The notes under the pieces are model-generated. The model was given only the letters and a program-made list of their open reading frames with translations, was not told where the DNA came from and made no database searches. This document shows positions 1-17,900 of a stretch of DNA of 64,000 nt, in pieces (positions within the stretch are counted from its first letter, which is position 1; each line of letters starts with the position of its first letter). A program made the position numbers and the translations under genes. Source of the DNA: a virus; the IMG/VR virus record IMGVR_UViG_3300011339_000793, positions 1 to 64,000 of that record; one strand, 5' to 3'.

Positions 1-1
1 C

Positions 2-3202
<3,201 letters not shown>

Positions 3203-3205
3203 TAA

Positions 3206-4264
3206 ATGGCAATTGATTTTCCATCCTCACCTTCCGTAAATCAAACCTACACCTACGGCTCTCAGCAGTGGAAGTGGACAGGTAATGCTTGGGATTTAGT
3301 TGTAACTCAAGTAATCGGTCCAACTGGTCCAACTGGAGCAACTGGTGCTGCATCAACTGTAACTGGTCCTACTGGTTCTACGGGACCGACAGGAAGATAC
3401 GGGTCTTTTGCACTTTCTTCTGCAACTCCACCAGCATTACCTGCATTAGGAGATGCTTGGTTTGATTCAACTACTGGTCAGATTTATGTTTACTACGATG
3501 GCTACTGGGTTGAGTCTTCATCAAGCATTGCTGGAGTAACTGGACCTACTGGAATTCAAGGTGTGCAGGGGCCTACAGGACCTACTGGTGCACAAGGTGT
3601 TCAAGGAATTCAAGGTGTGCAGGGGCCTACAGGACCTACTGGTGCACAAGGTAATGTTGGACCAACAGGTCCATCAGTAACTGGACCTACAGGTTCTTCA
3701 GGTCCTCGTGGATTCACTGGCCCAACAGGTGTTTCAGGTCCAGAAGGACCTACTGGACCTACAGGCGGTCAAGGACCTCAATACTCTTCAAATGTAATGG
3801 CTCGTCGTCATAGTACTACTCAAAGTATTACAAATGGAGTTGAAACAAGAGTTCAATGGAATATCACTGATTCAGATAATTCTAGAGGAAGTGTTTCTTT
3901 AACTTATGATGGCTCAGTGCAGGTTGGAAGATATACAAATAATTCTGGAACGACTAAGACTTATTTAGTTACATGGCAAGTAAACTTTGGACCAGACCCT
4001 GTGGGGGCAAGAGCAACTTGGTTGTATCACAATACAACAGGAGGTGCTTTTCTAAATACCCAGAAACGTCAAGGAGAAGTCCATACTGGAATTAATAATG
4101 ATTTTACTATTGTTACCTCTTCCACTATTACTGTTTTAGACAACGGTGAGTTTTTTGAAATCTGGGCGTGGCAAAACTCTGGAAATGAATTACAAATAGG
4201 TGGTTCTGTAGGATTAAGAATTGATTCTGGCTATTCAAATAAAATTCAGATAGTGGAGATTTAA
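3206..4264 (+). CDS. Collagen-like fibre protein with N-terminal IDFPSSP module
   Basis: 352 aa; begins [23 protein letters not shown]; GPT/GVQ triplets; globular beta-rich C-terminus. Confidence 0.85.
   Translation: MAIDFPSSPSVNQTYTYGSQQWKWTGNAWDLVVTQVIGPTGPTGATGAASTVTGPTGSTGPTGRYGSFALSSATPPALPALGDAWFDSTTGQIYVYYDGYWVESSSSIAGVTGPTGIQGVQGPTGPTGAQGVQGIQGVQGPTGPTGAQGNVGPTGPSVTGPTGSSGPRGFTGPTGVSGPEGPTGPTGGQGPQYSSNVMARRHSTTQSITNGVETRVQWNITDSDNSRGSVSLTYDGSVQVGRYTNNSGTTKTYLVTWQVNFGPDPVGARATWLYHNTTGGAFLNTQKRQGEVHTGINNDFTIVTSSTITVLDNGEFFEIWAWQNSGNELQIGGSVGLRIDSGYSNKIQIVEI
3551..3652 (+). repeat. Direct repeat, 2 x 48 nt identical, 54-nt period, within collagen tract
   Basis: ggaattcaaggtgtgcaggggcctacaggacctactggtgcacaaggt at 3551-3598 and 3605-3652. 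Confidence 0.9.
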
Positions 4265-4266
4265 TT

Positions 4267-5658
4267 ATGCCTATTGACTTTCCTAGTTCTCCTACAATTG
4301 GTCAACAATATGTAAGTGGAAACTTAACTTACCAATGGAACGGAACTTCTTGGCGCTTAATTAGAACTATTGCTGCCGGAGCAACAGGACCAGTAGGACC
4401 TACAGGCCCAACTGGCCCAACTGGAGCACAAGGTGTGCAGGGTATAACTGGACCAACAGGACAACAAGGAATTACGGGACCTACGGGAGCAACTGGTCCT
4501 GTATCTACAGTCGGTGGGCCTCAAGGACCGCAAGGGCCAACAGGTTCAGGGGGACCTCAAGGACCGCAAGGTATAACTGGACCAACAGGACAACAAGGTG
4601 CCACTGGGCCTACTGGCGTGCGTGGTTTTCAAGGTCCAACAGGACCGCAGGGAATTACGGGACCTACTGGACAACAAGGTATAACTGGACCAACAGGACA
4701 ACAAGGTGCCACTGGGCCAACAGGTCAACAGGGGATTACCGGGCCTACAGGACAACAAGGTCAAGGTATTTCTATTCTTGGAAGTTATGGAAGTTTGATA
4801 GCACTTCAAACAGCACAACCTACAGGTAATCCAGGAAATGCTTATCTTGTTAATGGAGTTTTATATGTTTGGGACCCTTCTCAATCTGTATGGCTAAGTG
4901 CTGGAAATATTCAAGGACCTACTGGTGCAACAGGTGCGACTTCAACTGTCGCGGGACCAACGGGACCAACAGGAGTTTCTGGTGGAATAACACTTAATGT
5001 TACAAACTCTGGTACCGGTGCTTATGTAATAAATGGTTCTAATAACCCAACCTTGTCTTTTATTCGTGGTCATCGTTATGTTATTAATGTAAATGCAGTT
5101 GGACATCCGTTTTGGATTCAAACAGTTTCAGGCGCATACAGCGCAGGAAATATTTACAGCACAGGGGTAACAAACGGCGGGACAGATAACGGAACTATCA
5201 TTTTTGAAGTTCCTTTCAATGCCCCTTCTTTGCTCTACTACGTTTGCCAATTTCACTCTGTAATGCAGGGAACAATTAGTGTTAGTAGTTTAGGTCCTAC
5301 AGGGCCGACAGGTGTTTCTGGACCTACGGGACCAGCAGTTTATGAGTTAACTTCTAATACTTATGGTGGTTCTACAATTCTTACTTCTGTAGATGCTGCC
5401 AAAATTGTAAAAACAACATCTTCTTTTGCTATGGATGTTACTGTTCAGTTAGATAATTACAATTCATATACATTCCCAGTCGGGACGCAAATTGTAGTTA
5501 TTCAGTATGGAACTGGGCAAGTTACTTTTGTTCCCACAGCGGGAGTTACTCTTAATTCCGAAGGAAGTAAACGTAAAACCTCACAGCAATATGCAGTTGC
5601 CTCCCTAATTAAAATGGGAGCCAACGAGTGGGTATTGAGCGGAAGTTTATCCGCATAA
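4267..5658 (+). CDS. Collagen-like fibre protein with cupredoxin-like domain
   Basis: 463 aa; begins MPIDFPSSP; QGITGPTGQ repeats; internal GHPFWI...[13 protein letters not shown] motif; C-terminal beta domain ([18 protein letters not shown]). Confidence 0.85.
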   Translation: MPIDFPSSPTIGQQYVSGNLTYQWNGTSWRLIRTIAAGATGPVGPTGPTGPTGAQGVQGITGPTGQQGITGPTGATGPVSTVGGPQGPQGPTGSGGPQGPQGITGPTGQQGATGPTGVRGFQGPTGPQGITGPTGQQGITGPTGQQGATGPTGQQGITGPTGQQGQGISILGSYGSLIALQTAQPTGNPGNAYLVNGVLYVWDPSQSVWLSAGNIQGPTGATGATSTVAGPTGPTGVSGGITLNVTNSGTGAYVINGSNNPTLSFIRGHRYVINVNAVGHPFWIQTVSGAYSAGNIYSTGVTNGGTDNGTIIFEVPFNAPSLLYYVCQFHSVMQGTISVSSLGPTGPTGVSGPTGPAVYELTSNTYGGSTILTSVDAAKIVKTTSSFAMDVTVQLDNYNSYTFPVGTQIVVIQYGTGQVTFVPTAGVTLNSEGSKRKTSQQYAVASLIKMGANEWVLSGSLSA

Positions 5659-6584
5659 TGCTAACAACACTACATGGTATTTTTTCTTCTAGAGTAAGAA
5701 CATTCTCTCCAGGAGTTTTTACTCAAAGAACTTCTTCTTTTACATCGCCAGATGAAATTTTTGCAGTAGAGTATCTAAACAATCAATTCTTAGCAAGCGG
5801 CTCTAGTGGAAAACTTGCTACTTCTTCAGATGGAACTACCTGGTTGCAAAGAACAAGTTCTTTTGGAACAACTATTATATACGACAGTGCTTTTGGATTA
5901 GGTTTATATGTTTTAGTTGGAGGAACAGGAAAGTTAGCAACCTCTGCTAACGCAACAAGTTGGACTCAGAGAACAAGTTCTTTTATAACAACTTCTATAT
6001 TTAATGTAATTTTTGATGGTCAAAAATTTATTGCTGTCGGGGCTACTGGAAAAATTGCTACCTCTTCAGATGGAACTACCTGGGCACAGGTAACTGATAG
6101 TAGTTTTGGAACGACTTTTATATACTCTGTTGCTTATAGTAGCGCTCTTACTACATACGTTGCTGTTGGTGCCAGTGGGAAGATTGCAGTATCTACTGAC
6201 GGTAGTGCTACTTGGTCTCAGGTATCTAGTCCTTTCGGTGCAAGTCAAATAAACTCTGTTACATATGGAAGTTCAGGTTTTGTTGCTGTTGCAGCAGATG
6301 GAAAAATTGCTAGTTCTTCAAATGGAACAACTTGGACTCTTTATTCAAACCCCTTTCTTGGTGTCACCCTGAGAGATGTAATTTTTGCTTCAAATATCTA
6401 TGTTGCAGTAGGAGTAAACGGGCAATTAGGCTTTTCTGTTGACGCTCAAAACTGGTCTTTAGCCTCTTCATCTTTTGATACAACAAATATAAATTCTATT
6501 ACTTATGGTCCAGTAAACTCGATTGACGGATTTATTTCGGCAGGAGCAGAGGCAAAAATAGCCACCTCTGCGGTTTCAAACTAG
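5658..6584 (+). CDS. Asp-box/BNR-like beta-propeller virion protein
   Basis: Repeated KLATSSDGTTW / SSNGTTW / STDGSATW blades. The likely start is the ATG at 5658, overlapping the upstream stop (TAATG), rather than 5628. Confidence 0.8.
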   Translation: MLTTLHGIFSSRVRTFSPGVFTQRTSSFTSPDEIFAVEYLNNQFLASGSSGKLATSSDGTTWLQRTSSFGTTIIYDSAFGLGLYVLVGGTGKLATSANATSWTQRTSSFITTSIFNVIFDGQKFIAVGATGKIATSSDGTTWAQVTDSSFGTTFIYSVAYSSALTTYVAVGASGKIAVSTDGSATWSQVSSPFGASQINSVTYGSSGFVAVAADGKIASSSNGTTWTLYSNPFLGVTLRDVIFASNIYVAVGVNGQLGFSVDAQNWSLASSSFDTTNINSITYGPVNSIDGFISAGAEAKIATSAVSN

Positions 6585-6592
6585 GAAAATAA

Positions 6593-6755
6593 ATGACGTA
6601 TACTTATACAATAACAGAGGAACTAAGTTGTATTATTAGAAAAAATAATACAGATATAGATGTTTCTGGCCCTTGGGAGTCAGAAGAATCTGCGTCTGCT
6701 TGGGCTCAAGCATATGTTGAAGAATTGAACATTATTAATTTCGAGGAGGATTCAA

Positions 6756-6769
<14 letters not shown>
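6593..6769 (+). CDS. Small acidic hypothetical protein (58 aa, not in ORF track)
   Basis: ATG at 6593 after GGAAAATAA; [58 protein letters not shown]; fills the gap and overlaps the next start. Confidence 0.65.
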
Positions 6770-9637
<2,868 letters not shown>

Positions 9638-9638
<1 letters not shown>

Positions 9639-10273
9639 TGACTAGAGCAAGAGATGTTGCTAGCCAAATAGCAAACCTAAGTTATGTCAATAACGGAGCC
9701 AACTGGGTTGACCCAACTCATATAGAGCCATTTTCTAAAGGCTCTCTTATGCTTGCAGGTACTGGAGGAGTAACTCTCTATACCGCTGCTAACCGTTCTA
9801 TGATTTTGTTTCAAGCAAATAAGACTCTAACAATTAGTAACCTTAGTATCTGGATAACTACTGCTGGAGCCCTAGTATCTCCAACTTACGCAAAGTTGGC
9901 TTTGTATACATATAATCCATCAGCGAACACTGCTACTTTGGTGGCTAGAACAGCAAATGATACAACCCTACTGAGTGCTGCTGGATTAAAAACACTTCCA
10001 TTAAGCATCACCGGAGGCTATCCAGCAACATTTACAGTAAATGCTGGAACCACTTATGGGTTTGTAATTCTTTCTGATGGAACCTCTGCTGGTGGAACTA
10101 TTCTAGGATTAGGTACATCAACTCTTCCAACTCTACTTTTGAACTCTTATCTTACTGGTGGCTCTCCTGCTTCTGGAATTCCTTTTGGAGGACAAACAAC
10201 CGCTGCTGATACGCCTACACCAGTAAATTTATCAGCATTAGCAACAGGTTTTCCGTGGTTTAGGCTTTCATAG
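9638..10273 (+). CDS. Putative virion structural protein (MTRARDVA N-terminus)
   Basis: 211 aa; TAATG coupling with the upstream fibre gene; Thr/Gly/Ala-rich beta composition. Confidence 0.7.
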
Positions 10274-10340
10274 TGAACTCAATATTAAAAAAATACGATA
10301 AAATAAGTTCGCTACTTATGGCGAAGTCTAGGAGCAATTA

Positions 10341-10880
10341 ATGGCACTAAAACGTTGGACAGGTACCCAGTGGGTAGTTGTTGCTGGCTCACGTCCAGGC
10401 GCTCAAGGAGCACCTGGCTCTACAGGACCAACAGGACCTACGGGTGCTGCAGGAACTAACGGAGCGGTTGGAGCAACCGGACCTACAGGTGCGGCAGGTA
10501 TTGCTGGCACTCGCGGAAGTAAAATTTTTACAGGCTCTGTCAATCCACAACTCGCCGGACTCTCAGGGGTTCTAGAGGCGGATAACTTTTTTAACACGGC
10601 TAGCGGGGATTATTTTGCCTATAGTGCTTCTACTACAACTTGGGTATTACAAGGTAATATTAAAGGAGCAAATGGGGCAACTGGACCTACGGGTCCAGGC
10701 GGAGCAGTAGGACCTACTGGACCTGGTGGAACAACTGCTGATACAAACCGTATCAGTCTCATTGAAATGAATTCATTACTAAATCTCGGCCTGTTTGGCA
10801 ATCAAATAGGTAGTTCAACCACTAATATTACCAATAACGGCGTAACAACCAGCAGCATAATTGCGCTGGCTCTTCTATAA
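10341..10880 (+). CDS. Short collagen-like protein
   Basis: 179 aa; begins MALKRWTGTQWVVVAG; GPT triplets; AGGAG RBS. Confidence 0.8.
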   Translation: MALKRWTGTQWVVVAGSRPGAQGAPGSTGPTGPTGAAGTNGAVGATGPTGAAGIAGTRGSKIFTGSVNPQLAGLSGVLEADNFFNTASGDYFAYSASTTTWVLQGNIKGANGATGPTGPGGAVGPTGPGGTTADTNRISLIEMNSLLNLGLFGNQIGSSTTNITNNGVTTSSIIALALL

Positions 10881-10899
10881 ACGAGGCGAGGAATAATAA

Positions 10900-13800
10900 A
10901 TGGCAAGAAAGATAATTAAGAACTCGGATTACACCTTTAATCCAGCCACAAGGACTATTGTCGTTCCTGCTTATATTAAAGAAGAGCGTTTGATTCTTAT
11001 TTCAAACACCAATAATGGAACAATTATCTATAACTTTGCCGACCCTGCTCTTGGATACAGTTCTTGGACATATATTGGGGATGCAAATAATCTAAAAACT
11101 CAGATTGTTCTTGATTACAACACTGCCGCAATGAATTCAACAGATAATTTATCAATAATGATAGATGATTTTGCTGAAACTACTACATTTACAGAGGTTC
11201 TTTTAGATACTGTAGACAAACTTCGTGTTGCTCCTCCACAGTCATTGATGGATACAGACTTTGAATACTCTGTCCAGCCTTCAAAATGGGAAGCACTCTT
11301 TTTAACATCAAACTATCCTTCATTTTTTGCTAAAACATCTGGAGGTAACTCTTTTGATATTGTAACAGTAGAAGGAAATGGTTTTGGTCCACGCTCCTTA
11401 GTTACAGTTACAACATTGCAGTTCCACAATTTAGTCGTAGGAAACGTTGTTAGTATTCAAGATACTTTGAATTTCCGTGCTGAAGGAACTTTCATTGTTA
11501 ATACCGTTCTTTCTCCATTTCAATTTACTTATTTTGCTAGAGGTTTAGTCTCTGGCCAAATTGCAATAGCAAATAACACTATTGCTTATGGTGGAGATGC
11601 TTTTGAGAACGCTCATATTCCTGGTGGAACAGCAAGCCGTGGAACTTTGAGAGGGTTTGACCTTGCTACTAACGGGGGAAATCCTACAATTATTACTGTT
11701 ACTACACCAAGCCATCCACACGGTTTGTTCCCAGGGACTCCTATTCTTATAAATAACACAAGCGGGGCAAACGGAAACTGGATTATTAAAGACGTTCTTA
11801 GCCCTACTCAATTTACTTTTGAGATATTAGATACAGTTGTAACATCAGTTTCTACTTCAGGTTCAAGCCTTCTTTATGCAAAACCAGAAGGATATATTCA
11901 GCACAGACCATTAGATGGTGGAGTCTCTATTACTACTCTTGGAAATGCAATGGGGCTTCAGACAGTCCGCCAAACCCGTCGTTATTTCCGTTATCAGTCA
12001 GGTAAAGGAATTCAGTTCTCAACGGGTGCAAAACTAACTCCTACATATGACGTAGTAACTATGTCAGCAGAAGGTGTTACAACAACTGGCGCAAAGATTG
12101 TAACTGTCAGAACTCTTCAAGACCACGGAATGCAGCCAGGTGCTGTTGTTCAAGTTGAAGGAACTACTGTAAATGCCAACACTGCCAGCCCGTATAACGG
12201 ATTGTTTACTGTATTAACAGTTGCTGAATCAAACGTCTTTACATATTCAATGAACGTCACCACCGCTCTTTTATCTTCTGACAATGTTCCATCTGGAATT
12301 AACACATTTGTCACTGTGAAAAATTGGAAAGGCGCTGCTACTAGAGCAGGAATGTTCGATGAGCAAAACGGTTTCTTCTTTGAATATGACGGAACGACAT
12401 TGTATGTCGTTCGTCGTTTTTCAAATAAAGAAATTGCTGGAACAGTAAATGTTACAGAAAATTCATCTCTTATTATTGGAAACTCAACTCAATTTAGACG
12501 TCAAATAGTTGTTGGCGAGAAAATAGTAATTAGAGGAAGCAGTTATCAAGTTACAGCAATTAACTCCGATACTTCTCTAAATGTTTCTCCAGCCTATCGT
12601 GGAGTTAGTGGTAGTTTTGTTAGAGCAACAAAAACACAAGAACTTAGAGTTCCTCAATCAGAATGGAACCAAGACCTCTGCGACGGTAGCGGTCCAAGTG
12701 GTTATGTTATTGATGTTACAAAAATGCAGATGATTTATATTGATTACACATGGTATGGTGCTGGATATATTCGCTTCGGATTACGAGGAGTAGCAGGAAA
12801 TATTTTCTATTTCCACCGTATGCCAAATAATAATAATAATACAGCCGCTTACCAGCGCTCAGGAAACCTTCCAGCACGCTACGAAGTTATCAATCAACCA
12901 AAACTTGCTCGTTTAGTTGGCGGTGCAACTGAGGTTTATGGTTCTACTTTATCGCCAAACCATACAACAATGTATATTGATAATATTAAAGAGTGGCCAA
13001 GTTCCGGACATTTACTAATTAGAAATAGCGATTCCAACGAGGTTGCCTCATATAGTGCAATTGGAGCCTATAACTCTACTATGCGTGGTTATCCCGTCAC
13101 GATTGCTCGTAGACAAACCTATCCAATTTACTTCCCTGGGCAGGTAGTTGTTCTTGGTGGAGGCAATACATCCACTACAGCATTTAGCCCAGATTCAACT
13201 TTAGGTGGCTCTGGTGTAAGTCAGACCTCTGTTATGTCTCTTTCTCAGACTTGCGCCCCTCAAATCTCACACTGGGGCTCATCTGTAATTATGGATGGAC
13301 GTTTTGATTCTGATGCTGAATACGTCTTTACTGCTGGTATGACTAAAGCATTGGCAATACCTCAGGGTGTATCAAGACCTGTTATTGCAGTTAGACTTGC
13401 TCCTTCTGTAGACAACGCTGTGGCAAAAAACTTTGGTGTTCGTGAACTTATCAACCGAATGCAGATGCGTCTTGCTTCAGTTGGTGTATCAACTAACGGA
13501 CAGTTTTTGATTCAAGGATTCTTAAATCCATCAACCATTTCATATACTAATCACAGCGAAACTGCTACTCGTATTACTAAAGCAATCTCTTCTGGAACAA
13601 GCGGCACCGCCTTTGTTACCCTGGCCGATGTTCAGAACATTGCTGTAGGTATGACTGTTGTCAGCGGAACTGGTCTACCAGTTAACGCAGTCGTTACCGC
13701 AATTTCTGGAACAACACTTACTCTATCTCAACCTCTTACTGGTACTGCTAGCGGTAACGCAGTATTTGGAGGTATTCGTGCATACCTAGGTATTCCGTTT

Positions 13801-14151
13801 GACTGGGACCGCGAACGTGTAGGTTCTGGTTCTTTGGCTCAGGTGCTCTACTTTGATAACTCTGGACCTAACGGAGGAACCGTTCAGGCTGCCTCTGGTG
13901 CTATTACTGGTGGAGATGCAGTGTTCTCCTTCTACTCAGAAAACGGTGGTGGAGGAACAAACTTCAACGTTACAGCCTATGACTTGAAGGCAATTCGTGA
14001 ACTTGGAAACTCAGTTTTGAGTGGAAATGGAAACGTTTCAAGCCCTTCATACCCTAACGGTCCAGACATTTTGGTTATTACGGCTACCAATATTGGTGCT
14101 GCATCAGCCAACATCACATCTCGTATTTCTTGGACAGAGGCTCAGGCATAA
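10900..14151 (+). CDS. Large virion structural protein (baseplate/fibre-like)
   Basis: 1083 aa; N-terminus MARKIIKNSDYTFNPATRTI..ERLILISN..IIYNFADP; PQSLMDTDFEYSVQPSKWE; several T..H(G/N)L..G beta-barrel repeats. Confidence 0.75.
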   Translation: MARKIIKNSDYTFNPATRTIVVPAYIKEERLILISNTNNGTIIYNFADPALGYSSWTYIGDANNLKTQIVLDYNTAAMNSTDNLSIMIDDFAETTTFTEVLLDTVDKLRVAPPQSLMDTDFEYSVQPSKWEALFLTSNYPSFFAKTSGGNSFDIVTVEGNGFGPRSLVTVTTLQFHNLVVGNVVSIQDTLNFRAEGTFIVNTVLSPFQFTYFARGLVSGQIAIANNTIAYGGDAFENAHIPGGTASRGTLRGFDLATNGGNPTIITVTTPSHPHGLFPGTPILINNTSGANGNWIIKDVLSPTQFTFEILDTVVTSVSTSGSSLLYAKPEGYIQHRPLDGGVSITTLGNAMGLQTVRQTRRYFRYQSGKGIQFSTGAKLTPTYDVVTMSAEGVTTTGAKIVTVRTLQDHGMQPGAVVQVEGTTVNANTASPYNGLFTVLTVAESNVFTYSMNVTTALLSSDNVPSGINTFVTVKNWKGAATRAGMFDEQNGFFFEYDGTTLYVVRRFSNKEIAGTVNVTENSSLIIGNSTQFRRQIVVGEKIVIRGSSYQVTAINSDTSLNVSPAYRGVSGSFVRATKTQELRVPQSEWNQDLCDGSGPSGYVIDVTKMQMIYIDYTWYGAGYIRFGLRGVAGNIFYFHRMPNNNNNTAAYQRSGNLPARYEVINQPKLARLVGGATEVYGSTLSPNHTTMYIDNIKEWPSSGHLLIRNSDSNEVASYSAIGAYNSTMRGYPVTIARRQTYPIYFPGQVVVLGGGNTSTTAFSPDSTLGGSGVSQTSVMSLSQTCAPQISHWGSSVIMDGRFDSDAEYVFTAGMTKALAIPQGVSRPVIAVRLAPSVDNAVAKNFGVRELINRMQMRLASVGVSTNGQFLIQGFLNPSTISYTNHSETATRITKAISSGTSGTAFVTLADVQNIAVGMTVVSGTGLPVNAVVTAISGTTLTLSQPLTGTASGNAVFGGIRAYLGIPFDWDRERVGSGSLAQVLYFDNSGPNGGTVQAASGAITGGDAVFSFYSENGGGGTNFNVTAYDLKAIRELGNSVLSGNGNVSSPSYPNGPDILVITATNIGAASANITSRISWTEAQA

Positions 14152-14218
14152 TGACAAACAAAAGCAATAGGCTTAATAAAAGAACTGATAGAATTTACAC
14201 TCAAGGAATGGAGAAATA

Positions 14219-14557
14219 ATGCCTAGTTATGACAGTCTCTCAACGCAAATTGATGCGGTGAAGGCAGAAATCACATCTAGCCTAGGGGCTAGTACCTATA
14301 CTGCTCAGGACCTCGTATTTGTTTCTAAGGCATTAGAAACTCTAGGGTCGCTTCTTGGCGTAAATGATATAGTGGCAGCATCTGCGGCTCAAATATCAAC
14401 TATAACTTCCGCAGGTACTACTCAAGTAACAGCGGTAAACTCTGCAGGAACTACACAAGTAACGGCAGTGAACTCAGCAGGAAACGCGAAAATCGCAACT
14501 ATTAGCGCACTTGCTGCTAATATAGAAATCAACTCATACATGGGAGTGTTAGCATAA
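14219..14557 (+). CDS. Small putative structural protein with 11-residue repeats
   Basis: 112 aa; (AGTTQVTAVNS)x2 hendecad repeat; GGAGA RBS. Confidence 0.75.
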   Translation: MPSYDSLSTQIDAVKAEITSSLGASTYTAQDLVFVSKALETLGSLLGVNDIVAASAAQISTITSAGTTQVTAVNSAGTTQVTAVNSAGNAKIATISALAANIEINSYMGVLA

Positions 14558-14892
14558 TGCCAACTACAGCAGCAAAACTCTTTAGGGGCGCGGCGACCAC
14601 ATCAGGAGTCACTGCCTATTCCTCAGTACCAGCAGGTGGACAGACAATTGTGACAAACATTGTCGCCGCAAATAAGACCGCTTCAGTGGTCACACTAACT
14701 ATTCAGTTTGGAACAGGCGGATATAACTCCGGAACTGCGTTCAATTTCTGTAATGGTCTTCAGGTTCCAGCAAATGGAACTGTAAACTTTGATATTCGTC
14801 AAGTTATGACAGGTTCTGACGCAATTTATGTTGCGGCATCCTCAAATAGCAGTATTGATGTGTCCATTTCTGGCGTAGAAGTAACAGCGTAG
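14557..14892 (+). CDS. Small beta-sandwich putative virion protein
   Basis: 111 aa; TAATG coupled to upstream gene; TIVTNIVAAN...SISGVEV pattern. Confidence 0.7.
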   Translation: MPTTAAKLFRGAATTSGVTAYSSVPAGGQTIVTNIVAANKTASVVTLTIQFGTGGYNSGTAFNFCNGLQVPANGTVNFDIRQVMTGSDAIYVAASSNSSIDVSISGVEVTA

Positions 14893-14924
14893 TAAAAACA
14901 AAGAGAGCGAGAGGCTAAAGAAAA

Positions 14925-17900
14925 ATGGCTATTTCAGGTAGCAAAGATTTAATTGTATTTCCTAATGACAACTCTGGACGCTTCTCAATCAAAGAGGTTC
15001 AGTACACAGGAAGTGGAAACTTCACTGTGCCAACTGGCGTTACCGCTGTTGAAGTTATTGCAGTTGGAGGCGGCGGAGGTGGCGGAGGTGGAGCCGATAC
15101 TGTTGCAGGTGGAGGCGGCGCTGGAGGACAAGTTGTTCGCCGAAATGTAAACGTTACTCCAGGCACAACATATGGCATTGCAATCGGTGCTGGTGGTCAT
15201 GGCGGTCAAGGAGCAATCGTTTCTGCTAATGATTTACTTAATACTCAGCCTGGCGGTACTGGTGGAACTACAACATTTGGTGGAACTACTCCAGTAAACT
15301 TGTTGATGAACCCAAGTTATAACAAGGGTGTCACTCTCTGGGAAGCAAACAATATGCTTCAGGTACAAAAATCAGCAACTGGAACATCAGGTTTGCCTAC
15401 AATTATTGTTTCACCAGATAATAATGGCATTGTTTTAGGTATGATTGCTACAGGAACTGGTATTGGCTCTAACGCTATTGTTTCTGGTATCTCTGGAACA
15501 ACAATTACCCTAAACGTTAACAACTCGGGAACAGTGGCTACTGGAACAACAGTAACTTTCAACCTTCAATCAAGTCGAGTAACTTCGACTTCTATTATCT
15601 ACAATGATAATATTTCAAACTCTGCTTCTTTTGGCACAACACAATCAAATAACCTTATTCAAGCACAGTATGCTCAGATGGAAGATTTAGGATTATCTGG
15701 CGGTTCTTTCTTCGCTCTTGATACCTTAGGAAACATCTCTGCTGCTGTCTTAGCAAATCCTTACACAAAACTCCCAGAAATGACATCTCCTTTGGAGATT
15801 ACAAGCACTGGAAGCGTAGGTGCTAACGCACTACAGTGTGTGAACTCATCTGCTGGTGGTAGATTAGTTGGTCTTACAACTTCTGCTGCTGGTGCTCTAA
15901 GCAACAACGGAACAACTGGTTTTGCTTATGACCCTAACGTTTCATACACAGTCTCTGCTTATGTGTATCACACAAACCCAACACCTCAGAACCTTATTAT
16001 GCAATTGCGTATTGGTGATGGAACCAACTTCCCTGGAAACAACCAGAACACAACAAGCGGAACTGGAACTGTATTCAGCAACGTAACTCCATCTGCTGGC
16101 GGTTATCACGTTGCTCAGGTAACAGTGACTGCTCCTCTTTCAGGATACGGCGGCTCTGTATCTAAGACTATTTCAGGAACTGGTGGACAGACATTTATTA
16201 CCGTAGACAATGCTGATGGTATTTTCTTTGGTCAGGCAGTTTCAGGAACTGGTGTCGCTGTTGGCGCAACAGTAACAAGCATTTCAGGAACAACAATCAA
16301 CCTATCTCTTGCTAATAGTGGTTCAGTTTCAGGAACTGGAACATTTGCGCACTCTGGTATCTTCTCTGGAAACTGGCGTCGAGTATCAGCAACCTTTACA
16401 GGTTTGCCAGCATACGCTGCTGGTTTGACTGCTAAGTGGGCATATGTTGGATTCTTGATTCCAGCAAACACAACTATGCACATTGATAACGTTCAAGTAG
16501 AAACTGGTTCGTCAGCAACAGCATGGCGTCCACCTACATTTGAGAGCGGTCTAGGTCTTCGACTAATGTCTACCGATACTTCATCAGAAAATATGGAAGT
16601 ATCTCACGACTTTGTGAATGCAGTCCCAGGTGTTCAATACACTGGTTCTGTATATGCTTGGGCATGGAAAGAATATAGAGTATCTAATGCTTATATTGAG
16701 TTCTACGACGCGGACTACAACTTAGTAGGCTCTCGTACAAAGGGTTCAACTATTCTTACACCAGTAACTTCCCTCAAGATGGGTTCAATTTCTAACCTAA
16801 ATGCTACTCAAGGTAAGAGACTTTCAGCAACAGCAACAGCACCAGGAACTGCTAGATATATGCGTTTTGGTGTTCAGTTTGATAATGCTGCTAACAACGC
16901 CACTGGTGGCGTCGAACCTGAGTTCTATCTAGCATTTGCTCAACTTGAAGTTGGCGCTGCTCCAACCTTCTATAAGGATGGAAACAGCACAGGCTTTACC
17001 TGGGCTGGAGAGTCACACTATTCATCAACAATTACAGCACCACTAGTTGCTGCTAAAGGTGGTGGCGGTGGTGGAGCATATAACACTAACTTCCGTTATT
17101 GGCAGTTTGGTCTTCCTGGTGCAAACTACGGTGGCCATGCTTCACCAGTAGGTTCAGCAACACTACCAACTTATGCTGGTGGTGGAGGCGGAGCCGCAAC
17201 AGTTGGACAATCTGCAATTTCATACTCAGCAGTTGAAGGTGCTTCAGGAACAACAACTGGTTATCAGGCATCTGGTTCTACACAACTACAATATAACCCT
17301 CAAGGTGGCCACTTAGGTGGTTATGGAATGGTTTCTGGAAACGTAAACATTCCTAACTACGGTGGAGACGGTGGTTTAGGTGTTGATACTAATGGAACAG
17401 GAACACTAGAAAACATTACTCTTGGCGGCGGAGGCGGCGGAGGCGGATGGAACACATTTGCTCAAGGCGGCTTCAACAACCCAGGTCGTGGAAACGGTGG
17501 AGGCGGTAAGGGTGGTCACACATACCTTGCTTACCTAACTGGTATCGAATCTGGTTCTCTCATTACAGATGCGTATTCTCGCGGATTTGATGCTACCCCT
17601 AATACAGGTGGCGGCGGTGGTGGTGCAGGTTCTAACGGCGGAAACGTTCCGTTTACACCAATCACACACAGCGCAAGTCAGTTTATTACTTTTGAAAACG
17701 CAAACTTAACTGACCTAAACCGTTGGTATCCAGAATACAACGCATCAATTGCTATCAACGCTACTAGCCCAGCATACGGCTCACAGCAACTACGTTGCAC
17801 TGTTCAAGACGCTGGAAATATGAGAGTAAAGAATGCTTGGACAGATTTCCCAATCCTTCCAAGAACTCAACTCTTCTTCTCAGGGTGGGCAGCACGTCTA

